A stretch of 64,000 nucleotides of DNA from an uncultured Methanoregulaceae archaeon (GTDB lineage: Archaea > Halobacteriota > Methanomicrobia > Methanomicrobiales > Methanospirillaceae). Location: positions 256,001-320,000 of the forward strand of contig CAVTTL010000001.1 in the NCBI GenBank assembly GCA_963737635.1, written 5' to 3'. The translations under genes were made by a program, and so were the position numbers. Numbering within the stretch: position 1 is the stretch's first letter; each line of letters opens with the position of its first letter. The notes below the pieces were generated by a model, which saw only the letters and a list, made by a program, of their open reading frames with translations, was not told the origin of the DNA and ran no database searches. This document shows, one piece after another, positions 31,340 to 40,234 of the stretch.

Positions 31340-32498
31340 AGGAAGTAACCGATGAAAGAGAGACCGTAGTAGGCGTTGGAGAAGGAGCCAATCGGGGCAT
31401 GTACCAGACATCGCCGAACATATCGTAATTATCAGTACCTCCTATGACCCAGATGCCGTTGTGGAAGACGGTTACCCCGCTGAGAAACCGTGGACAAAAT
31501 CCGGCACTTCCATTTTCGAAGGTCCAGTTCACACCGTCTGTTGACGACCAGATCTGGTTGTAGGCATGTGGCGGGGGATATTTGGGTTGCATAGTCATGG
31601 TCTCCCACAACCCGCCGCCGAGAATCCAGATTTTATTATCGAATACAGTCACTGACGGAAATTCCTGGGTGTAGAAAGACGCGCTCGGAGTATCCAGTAC
31701 CCAGGTTTTCCCGTCTGATGAAGACCAAACATCTTGGGAGCCGCCTTCGCTGATATAGGTGTTAATCCCATCGGTATATTCGCTATCGCTGATACCGCCG
31801 ATCATCCAGATCTTGTTGTCGAATACCGCAACTCCCTTGCCAAATCGCGGACTGAACTTTGCATTTGCTGTAACCTGTGTCCAGTTCATCCCGTCCGACG
31901 ATGACCATACATCGTTTTTCATATCACCTTCAGTGCCACCTGCAATCACCCAGAGTCGGTTGTTAAATACCGCAACCCCCAGGTCCCCGCGTGGACTGAA
32001 CTCGGCAGAAGGCGTGACCAGGGTCCAGTTCATCCCGTCAGCCGATGACCATACATCATTTTTCGAAACACCTTCAGTATTACCTCCAATTCTCGCAGTA
32101 CCTCCAATCACCCAGAGCCGGTTGTTAAATTCCGCGACGCCCATTCCCGATCGCGGGCCAAAAGGCGCGTCTGGTGTTATCTGGTCCCAGGTTTTCCCAT
32201 CAGCCGACGACCAGATATCGTTTGTATCGCATGTGGTATTGCCAAGACACCCCCAGAAAAATCCATCCCGGGTGTGTCCCCCAATAACCCAGAGACGCTC
32301 GTTAAAAGTTGCAGTACCAAAATCGTATCGTGGACCAAAACTTGCGTTGGAGGTGATCTCAGTCCAGTTGCCATCGGCGAAGATGTAAGCGCTTACGGGT
32401 CCCGTAAGAAGAGCACATGATATGATCGCACAAATAAGGATGAGTTTCGTTCTCTCCTGCGTCTTTAGCGCTCTTTGATCTGAATGAGGTGCGGCCAT
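31212..32498 (-). CDS. Kelch-type beta-propeller surface protein with C-terminal anchor
   Basis: About 6 repeats FN.(R/K)(L/I)WV.GG...NDVWSS.DG..WT; TTTQAG-TM-KNK tail. Confidence 0.85.
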   Translation of the reverse strand: MAAPHSDQRALKTQERTKLILICAIISCALLTGPVSAYIFADGNWTEITSNASFGPRYDFGTATFNERLWVIGGHTRDGFFWGCLGNTTCDTNDIWSSADGKTWDQITPDAPFGPRSGMGVAEFNNRLWVIGGTARIGGNTEGVSKNDVWSSADGMNWTLVTPSAEFSPRGDLGVAVFNNRLWVIAGGTEGDMKNDVWSSSDGMNWTQVTANAKFSPRFGKGVAVFDNKIWMIGGISDSEYTDGINTYISEGGSQDVWSSSDGKTWVLDTPSASFYTQEFPSVTVFDNKIWILGGGLWETMTMQPKYPPPHAYNQIWSSTDGVNWTFENGSAGFCPRFLSGVTVFHNGIWVIGGTDNYDMFGDVWYMPRLAPSPTPTTVSLSSVTSSVPVAVSATTTQAGSDPFSGFVVVLTALGLCGYVIKNKNDKN

Positions 32499-32505
32499 TC
32501 TGTCT

Positions 32506-33159
32506 CTAACTCACCACAATGGTCCAGTTAAGCGTCTGCAACGTGCGGGGTTCAGGGGTTGGATAAAACTGGAGAATGGCCGTTATAGTCTGGATACCGG
32601 TCTGTGTCATCGTCACCTGCCACCGGTCTACACCATGCCCCCAACCCGGCCCCGCGTCCGTCACATTGTTGCCTACCATGCCTGAGTTTGTGATTGCGAA
32701 GAGAGTCCCGTTCATATGATACCAATAATACGTTGTACTCTCATCGGAGATCTGGAGACCGGGACTCGCATTTATGATCCACTGGTCTCCCGCAAGGGAA
32801 CCATCCGTCAGTTCGAGGGTGAGATTGCTGTCCAGTTTTGCATAGATCGTCGCATCGTTCCACGTTTCATTGATCGTCATATTTTGTCCCGGTACTACCA
32901 ATGCCGAATAGTTTACCGGCCCAATATCCACGGTGGGAGTTGGCGTAACCGTCATATTCTGTCCCGGTACTGACGATGCTGAACTGTGTACTGACGCATT
33001 GTTCACGTTGGGAGTTTGCTCAGTCATCGTAGTTTGTCCCGGTACCGGCGCGTAGCCCACGTTGGGGTTTTGCCCGCTGGACCCGAGGCAGCCGGCCGCG
33101 AGGATAAACATGAGTATGACCGTCCCGGCTATTATTACTCCTGATTTTTGTGAAATCAT
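32506..33159 (-). CDS. Lipoprotein with chagasin/I42 protease-inhibitor-like domain
   Basis: LAAGC lipobox; LTLEL..AGDQW..GLQI..PGWGHG..WQV..TG.QTI layout resembles I42 but the NPTTGY motif is divergent. Confidence 0.5.
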   Translation of the reverse strand: MISQKSGVIIAGTVILMFILAAGCLGSSGQNPNVGYAPVPGQTTMTEQTPNVNNASVHSSASSVPGQNMTVTPTPTVDIGPVNYSALVVPGQNMTINETWNDATIYAKLDSNLTLELTDGSLAGDQWIINASPGLQISDESTTYYWYHMNGTLFAITNSGMVGNNVTDAGPGWGHGVDRWQVTMTQTGIQTITAILQFYPTPEPRTLQTLNWTIVVS

Positions 33160-33255
33160 ATATTTATCAACAGATTCTTTTGTTGTATATCCAGTTTACC
33201 ATTTTTCGATAAAAAAAATGAAAAACGCCAGTTTTTTTTAATCAGCATGAGTAAT

Positions 33256-34086
33256 TCACATTCCCATTGTTGCCGCTGACATTTGTGTCAATTCTGTCGT
33301 TGTGTTAAGGTCGACCGGTATCTCCCGATATATCTTTTCAAAACCCAAGATTCCATTGTAAGAATCAGAAAGATCAACGGTGATCATCTTATGACTATCA
33401 AACGATGACTGAACCAAGATTCCATTATCCTGATTTATCCAATTCTCACCGTTGAGTTCACCATTTATTCTTGAATCGATCGTTCCATTTGGCGTTACGA
33501 GAGATTCATTCATTGAATAGCTGATTACTTGTTGGATCTCAGTACAGTCAAATGAACCGGCTTTTGTTGTAATTTTTCCATTGCCGATGTTTGTAAAATC
33601 TGAAGATCCGCTTACATTATAGTGGATAGTTCCATTGGTAGATACGTAATCCCCGGACTGATTGAAAGATTTGGTCCAGTGTGCATCGGGATCGAGAGCA
33701 CCTTCAGGGAGAACTAATAAATTAGGCAATTCCGGCCGTATCTCCTGAATAATCGGAATTTTCGAATCAATTTGTATTACGCTGTCGTTATTTGTTTTTT
33801 CGGCCGTGAATGATCTCTCATAGAGTTGTTTTCCATTTGCATCGAATGAATACGAAAGATACTTTTTTCCCGGCTCATCCTGATTTATGACGATCTCAAG
33901 ATTTTCCAGCTCATTGGTGGAATGATCCGGGGAAGTTGTCGTGATTTCATAGTCGTATCGCGATCCATCCTGCGTTTTGGCTATTATGGAAGTACCTAGA
34001 GATTGTAATCCAATACATCCAACGCCAAAGATCAGTAACCCAAGCATGAGAAATAGTGTTATACCTATTGATATTTTGGTCATCAT
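33256..34086 (-). CDS. Hypothetical lipoprotein, third gene of the Cys-rich cassette
   Basis: GVGC lipobox; ITTKAGSFDC motif; abuts the stop of the upstream gene. Confidence 0.75.
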   Translation of the reverse strand: MMTKISIGITLFLMLGLLIFGVGCIGLQSLGTSIIAKTQDGSRYDYEITTTSPDHSTNELENLEIVINQDEPGKKYLSYSFDANGKQLYERSFTAEKTNNDSVIQIDSKIPIIQEIRPELPNLLVLPEGALDPDAHWTKSFNQSGDYVSTNGTIHYNVSGSSDFTNIGNGKITTKAGSFDCTEIQQVISYSMNESLVTPNGTIDSRINGELNGENWINQDNGILVQSSFDSHKMITVDLSDSYNGILGFEKIYREIPVDLNTTTELTQMSAATMGM

Positions 34087-34443
34087 TCACCTCTTTTTTC
34101 TCGTGATAATCACTGCTACCAGAAGAACCAAAACACCGGATAATGCGAACAAATATGCACTGACGAATCGGTTTGTCTGAAAATTCATGTAACTGAAAGC
34201 GAATAATGCAAAACCGTACGATAAAAGAGATGTAAATATCAGAATTTTTGACCAGTCGTTTCGTTCTTCTGTAATACCAAGAATCAGCAAGATCAGTCCA
34301 ATTCCTGCCAGGATTATATAGAATGAATTGATAGGTTCAGTCATTAGACCGAAAATGCCAGCCAGAGTAATCAGAATGGCAATCGCTATCAAAAAGTAAA
34401 AAGGAAGGGACTTTTTTTGCAACTTCATATGAGCACTCTTCAT
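34087..34443 (-). CDS. 4-TM membrane protein, candidate immunity protein
   Basis: 118 aa from ATG 34443 overlapping the precursor stop (ATGA); four hydrophobic segments. Confidence 0.7.
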   Translation of the reverse strand: MKSAHMKLQKKSLPFYFLIAIAILITLAGIFGLMTEPINSFYIILAGIGLILLILGITEERNDWSKILIFTSLLSYGFALFAFSYMNFQTNRFVSAYLFALSGVLVLLVAVIITRKKR

Positions 34444-35102
34444 GGACATGTATGCTGGCAACACCACTGGTTCCCGGCACTGCAACAGGCATCTGCACAT
34501 GAGCAAATGGCTGCTCCGCAGGTAAGTGTACAAGCAGGAATCATACATGCGAGGCACGCAGCGCCACTGTCATCTACAATTGCGTCCGCGACGCATACTC
34601 CCGTACAAGCAACACAGCCAGTCATACACAGTCCCGCCTCTAAGATGCACATCACGACACTACCAGAACTGTTTGTAGCATCGCCTTTTACCAATATGGT
34701 TGTGGTTATTCCGGTTTTTTCATTCTCTAGGTATATCACGGATTTCTGATCGGTCGCATTTTTTCCGTATACAATTGCAACAGCATCAATGACATTAACC
34801 GAACCACTTTTATCAGTTGTTTGAGCATTGAAAACCGTTCTGTTTTGTTCCTTGTATCCCTGTCCCGTTAAATCTGCATCGAATTGCCGGACTTTTTGGT
34901 CCTGAGTGGCTTTGTCAATGTACTGTAGTCCTTCGATACCGGCTAGTACTTTGATCACCGGTTTGGAAGCAGTTGCATTATCGCTCGCACTTCCACAAGT
35001 TACTCCGGAGGGACAAGCCATTACCGGTACGACACTTACTGCAAGAACCAACAGCATTACAAGTGCCAGATCGCGAACCTTATAAATGAAAACCTTTTTC
35101 AT
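34440..35102 (-). CDS. Secreted precursor with Cys-rich C-terminus (halocin C8-like candidate)
   Basis: Signal peptide, polar pro-region, 16 Cys in the last 70 aa; GGAGG 9-10 nt before ATG 35102. Confidence 0.7.
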   Translation of the reverse strand: MKKVFIYKVRDLALVMLLVLAVSVVPVMACPSGVTCGSASDNATASKPVIKVLAGIEGLQYIDKATQDQKVRQFDADLTGQGYKEQNRTVFNAQTTDKSGSVNVIDAVAIVYGKNATDQKSVIYLENEKTGITTTILVKGDATNSSGSVVMCILEAGLCMTGCVACTGVCVADAIVDDSGAACLACMIPACTLTCGAAICSCADACCSAGNQWCCQHTCP

Positions 35103-35278
35103 TTTTTTCAAACCTCCTCACTAATTTTTTTTGAGCATAACCCAAGCATTCATTTTTATGAATGGTGCAGATTACACCTAATGAAGGCCGGATTCATCCA
35201 GCGTTCAGATGAATGAATCCATCCTTTGTGTTTGGAACATCCATCTGATGTCCACAATGGGGGATAGCGCGACGCTAC

Positions 35279-35669
35279 ATATGAAGATTCTAGTTCATTC
35301 CTCTACCGGTTAACCGCATGGTTTCCGATGCGATCGATCTGCATAATCGTAACGGGCGGTATATTTTCACTATCAGGCATACCGAGTTTTATCTTTTCTG
35401 TCCAAAGATCCCAACTGATAGTTGGAGGATCTCGACAAAAAGATTAAAATTGACATTTTTGATCGTCAGTACTAGCAGACTCCGAGAACGACTAAAAAAA
35501 CCAATTGTTCACGAATCCGGATCATTTTTCCCTCTGTTATTTTAATTTTTATCATTCTTGTTTTTGATCACGTATCCACATAATCCAAGGGCAGTTAAAA
35601 CGACAACGAATCCACTGAAGGGATCGCTCCCTGCCTGTGTAGTGGTTGCTGATACAGCAACGGGCACCG
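35279..35669. repeat. 390-bp direct repeat, copy 2 (contains operator copy 2 at 35394-35441)
   Basis: Matches 30950-31339. Confidence 0.95.
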
Positions 35670-35808
35670 CGGTAGTTGTCCCGGTACTAACGTTGCCGAA
35701 CAGGGCACCATTGGCTTTTGCACGGTTGACCCGAGGCAGACCGGCCGCGAGGACAACCATGAGGATGACCGCCCCGATTATGACCATGCCTGATTTTTGT
35801 GGAATCAT
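35542..35808 (-). pseudogene. Chimeric remnant: lipoprotein 5' end fused to Kelch-gene 3' end
   Basis: MIPQKSGMVIIGAVILMVVLAAG resembles MISQKSGVIIAGTVILMFILAAGC (33159); last 41 aa identical to the Kelch protein tail. Confidence 0.8.
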
Positions 35809-35871
35809 GTTCACCTCTCGGATTTTAGAAGCATTATGAAAATGAAGGTATCCTTTTTCCACGACATGAGT

Positions 35872-36456
35872 TCACATTCCCTTTTTATTCTTGAACGATC
35901 TCATAATCGCAATCGCTGCAAATACCGCTATTGGCAATGCAATGGGTAAGGGGGATGATTGTGTCGTGGCAGGGATAGGTTGCGTCGTCGGATTTGTCTG
36001 GAATTGAGCTGCAGGTGTGGCGTTCTTGGCTGGAAGGAGATTGAAATCCTGGGTTGCAACAACATTAATAATTGAACTATTTTGTGGAAATACATAAATA
36101 TAATATGGAGATCTACTGCTATTCAGTTGAGATTTGACAGCATCCGTAACATTAACCGACCAGAGATTTATTCCTGAAGAATTCGCAATTATTGAACTAT
36201 TAGTCCCAAAATCTGGACCATTCCCACCAGCATTTTTTGTCCCCCAATTCATGTATTCTGGGATGACATCTAAAATTAATATTTCAGAAGCCGGCAAATT
36301 CGTTGTGCCGTTGATAAAGAACACATCACCTATCGTATGGTTCCCGACGGGATCGATGGTGATGATGGGAGCCTGTGACGCTGCAGCGTCCGCTATGGGT
36401 ACGCTTACTATTATTGCCAAAAGTATGATATACATCAGGAATTTCTTCTTCACCAT
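35872..36456 (-). CDS. Surface protein with ITIDP-GTTNL domain and C-terminal anchor
   Basis: IITIDPVGNHTIGDVFFINGTTNL; TTQSSPLP-TM-KNKK. Confidence 0.8.
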   Translation of the reverse strand: MVKKKFLMYIILLAIIVSVPIADAAASQAPIITIDPVGNHTIGDVFFINGTTNLPASEILILDVIPEYMNWGTKNAGGNGPDFGTNSSIIANSSGINLWSVNVTDAVKSQLNSSRSPYYIYVFPQNSSIINVVATQDFNLLPAKNATPAAQFQTNPTTQPIPATTQSSPLPIALPIAVFAAIAIMRSFKNKKGM

Positions 36457-36576
36457 GATGTTAATCCTGCTTTTTTTTGTTTTTGTAATCGATGGTACAT
36501 TCATGAAATATCTTTGCTCTATTTTTCAAGAGTATGAGTCCTTATACTTTTTTTTAAAATAAAAATAATGGGAGGA

Positions 36577-38073
36577 TTAAGATGAAACGACAATATAATT
36601 TGGCTCATTATTGAAACTAACACCTCCAGGCGCAACAACCGTCAGGTTGACTGTATATGATCCCGGTGATGTGTAATAATGGGCTGGGTTCTGGCTTGTT
36701 GAGTATGCACCATCCCCGAATGACCAGTTCCAGAGGAATGGCGAACCGGTGGATTGATCCTGGAACACAACGTAATCGGATCCACTTCCTGTTCGGGGGC
36801 TGCCAGTAAAACTAACAACCGGGGGATTGATCCGGTTGGGATTATTTAATAATACAATTGTCGATGGCCACGACTGGTTATAAACTGACAGGTTCTGATA
36901 GTCGGTAAAATTATTAGGATTTTGCCAAAGAGGGTTTACAAAACCTGCCATCGAGGTCTGAGGAAGGAGAGAGTTTCCATTGGAATCTTTTAAGATGAAC
37001 CCCGAAAGTGTCACCGGGCCGGGTAAATAATTTGAATTGGGTTGGACGGAATGATCCACGCCTTCCAACACAATTTGTGCATAAGCAGGCTGGCTCATCC
37101 ATTCGGGATCATACCCCGGCTTTGTCAGGGATAATTCAGATACCATTCCCGTATTGGTATCATCTGCATATCCGGTAACTACATTTCCCGTTACTTGGAT
37201 ATTCCCATAGATTAAATCATTCTTCGCTATTTGGGATCCAACTGCTTTAGCAAAAACGTAATCGTTATTTGACGGAGTCGAATTTGACCAAATATACCAT
37301 GTTTGCAGATACCATTGATAATTAGCATTTGGCTGATTATTTACCGTGTCCCATTGAAGAACCGGTTGGATTAATGCGGTATTTACATCTCCACTACAAT
37401 AAGAAATGCCATTCCAGATAGTAACTGGAATATAATAAGTTGGTGATTGTGGAACATTCCAATCTGCTTGGAAGGTATATCCTCCCGACGACGCACTTAA
37501 TGGTGCTTCGGTTCCTTCAATCCACTGGTAAGTATAGGGAGCTCCATAGCATACAACACTCGAGCTCGGGATGTATCGTTCGTTGGAATTTGCATTAATT
37601 ATGGTTAAAATTCGTGTATTGCCATTCACAATAGTAAGTTTGTCCCCTCCATCAACGATAACGGAGCCGTTGGGAACTTCGTGGACGAACGTTGCCGGTG
37701 AATCTCCATGGATTGTGTGGACGGTTTCAGCCTGCGCATCATTCGCCGAGAGTACCTGATTCCCATTCTGGTCGAAGACTGTCGTTATGTTATTCGCATG
37801 ACGGATGATAGCACCATAAGGGATACTTACTTCCGCCGTGATTTGAGGTGTGGTCGTCTTCGCGGTCTGTACCGATTTTCCCGGACTCAACTCACCGTTC
37901 ACAGCCACAATTGGTTGGGATGTGTTGACCTGCAGTTGTGGCAACGGGACTGCACTTATCGTTCTTGCAGAAGCGACATTTGGTATAGAGTTCGTCGCGC
38001 TCACCATCGGTACCATCACCATCGCTGCCAGCAGGAATGCGAGCAGGATGATGCCAATTTTCAGCGTTCTCAT
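36577..38073 (-). CDS. Secreted protein with pro-region, G1-peptidase-like domain and PKD
   Basis: Signal peptide; WNVP..IWNG..LIQPVLQW..IVLEG; WSFGDG PKD; peptidase call is inference. Confidence 0.6.
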   Translation of the reverse strand: MRTLKIGIILLAFLLAAMVMVPMVSATNSIPNVASARTISAVPLPQLQVNTSQPIVAVNGELSPGKSVQTAKTTTPQITAEVSIPYGAIIRHANNITTVFDQNGNQVLSANDAQAETVHTIHGDSPATFVHEVPNGSVIVDGGDKLTIVNGNTRILTIINANSNERYIPSSSVVCYGAPYTYQWIEGTEAPLSASSGGYTFQADWNVPQSPTYYIPVTIWNGISYCSGDVNTALIQPVLQWDTVNNQPNANYQWYLQTWYIWSNSTPSNNDYVFAKAVGSQIAKNDLIYGNIQVTGNVVTGYADDTNTGMVSELSLTKPGYDPEWMSQPAYAQIVLEGVDHSVQPNSNYLPGPVTLSGFILKDSNGNSLLPQTSMAGFVNPLWQNPNNFTDYQNLSVYNQSWPSTIVLLNNPNRINPPVVSFTGSPRTGSGSDYVVFQDQSTGSPFLWNWSFGDGAYSTSQNPAHYYTSPGSYTVNLTVVAPGGVSFNNEPNYIVVSS

Positions 38074-38252
38074 GTTTTCATACCTCCTTGTCGATACGCA
38101 TCGCTCGCCGGCACGGAAACTACATAATCGTCATTCTTCACGCCATTGAGCGTTTCAGGGCCCCGGATTTCGAGACTGGGATCCATCGCCCGGGACCCTG
38201 GGAATACCACGATAGTATTCGCACTTTGATCTCCTGAATTTCGCGTTTTATA

Positions 38253-38301
38253 TTTTCTGTCCAGAAATTGCAACTGCCAGTTGGGATCTTTGGACAGAAA
38301 A
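38253..38301. promoter_or_regulatory. Palindromic operator copy 3 between divergent promoters
   Basis: TTTTCTGTCCAGAAATTGCAACTG-C-CAGTTGGGATCTTTGGACAGAAAA; TATAAAA on the minus side, CTTAAG on the plus side. Confidence 0.7.
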
Positions 38302-38332
38302 CTTAAGGTAACATGTTTTGAACGTCACGTTC

Positions 38333-38779
38333 ATGTCAAAAAGACTGGGATTGCTGGTGATGATGGCGCTCTTACTGTGCGCATCATCCGCCATAGTATC
38401 GGCAAAGGAACAACAGATATCTGTCACTGGTACAGGCGGTTATCTCGTCGTACCGTTCCATGGAGCGACGGGGATGAAACCATTGACCGTATACAATTCC
38501 ATTACCCAGGGACAGACCAACTGGGCGGAACAACAGGTATCGTCGAACATCAACACCCTCAACGTGGATCTGGACTGGGGAGACCCTGCCAATTCGCTGC
38601 AGCTTACTATCTACTCTCCCGACGGCTACGTATTCGGCCCGTATTATGATTCTTCTGACGGAGTCATCGATGGACGTATCAATTTGTATATCGAAAACAC
38701 GAACGGGATAACAGAAGGGACCTGGTTGTATGAGATATACGGCTACCATGTCACCGGAACACAATCTTATTCCATCTGA
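38333..38779 (+). CDS. Secreted PPC (pre-peptidase C-terminal)-like domain protein
   Basis: Signal peptide; SITQGQTNW, VDLDWGD..SLQLTIYSPDG, GTW.Y.IYG. Confidence 0.75.
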   Translation: MSKRLGLLVMMALLLCASSAIVSAKEQQISVTGTGGYLVVPFHGATGMKPLTVYNSITQGQTNWAEQQVSSNINTLNVDLDWGDPANSLQLTIYSPDGYVFGPYYDSSDGVIDGRINLYIENTNGITEGTWLYEIYGYHVTGTQSYSI

Positions 38780-38796
38780 ACGGGAAGTACCGTTAT

Positions 38797-39498
38797 ATGA
38801 GACGGTCAGTAATTGTCCTTCTTTTTTTCCTGCTCTTGACCGTCAACATAGCTGTCGTGAGTGCCGGATACACCGTAACACCGTACAAACCAGCGATCGG
38901 TCCCATCGACTCCTCGGGGGCTGATGCAAATGTGTCGTTCTTCCAGCTTCCACTCTGGATCCAGATCAGCTGTATTACCGGCAGTTTACTCACCTTCTTC
39001 GCAGCGATCAAGTTCGGCCCGGTAATTCTTGGGAGGTTAGGCGATCTCCTGAACAGTAAAAACCGGCGTGCCATCCTCGATTATATCGGTGACCATCCCG
39101 GATGTACTATCACCGATCTTTCGGCAAATACACGGTTAAACCGGGGAACCGTCAAATATCACCTCTTTCTTCTTGTCAGGGAGCGGAACGTTGTCCGTAA
39201 AAACGATGGCAATAGGATGTACCTCTTCAAAAACGGGGACATTGATCAGGAAAAGAAACAGGTACTGGGGTATATACAAAATCCTGCAAAACGGCAGATC
39301 CTTTTGGTCATCAGAAACGAACCCGGCATCAACAATACTGCGATTGCAGAAAGGCTGCAAATCGATAAAAGTTCAGTGTACCGGCATCTGTCCCAGTTTC
39401 TGGATGAAAAGATGGTCGAGTGCCACTGGAATGGCAAAAATAGGTGTTACCACGTCACTTCCGATGTAGAGAAAATCCTGGACGAGTCCTCCTTATGA
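38797..39498 (+). CDS. Membrane-anchored double winged-helix transcription regulator
   Basis: Signal/TM, short loop, TM, then two wHTH (HPGC.ITDL..NRGTVKYHL; EPGI.NTAIA..DKSSVYRHL). Confidence 0.85.
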   Translation: MRRSVIVLLFFLLLTVNIAVVSAGYTVTPYKPAIGPIDSSGADANVSFFQLPLWIQISCITGSLLTFFAAIKFGPVILGRLGDLLNSKNRRAILDYIGDHPGCTITDLSANTRLNRGTVKYHLFLLVRERNVVRKNDGNRMYLFKNGDIDQEKKQVLGYIQNPAKRQILLVIRNEPGINNTAIAERLQIDKSSVYRHLSQFLDEKMVECHWNGKNRCYHVTSDVEKILDESSL

Positions 39499-39537
39499 TG
39501 ACTGAGATGAAATCCATCTAAAAGCCCCAGCATCCAT

Positions 39538-40230
<693 letters not shown>

Positions 40231-40234
40231 ACCA

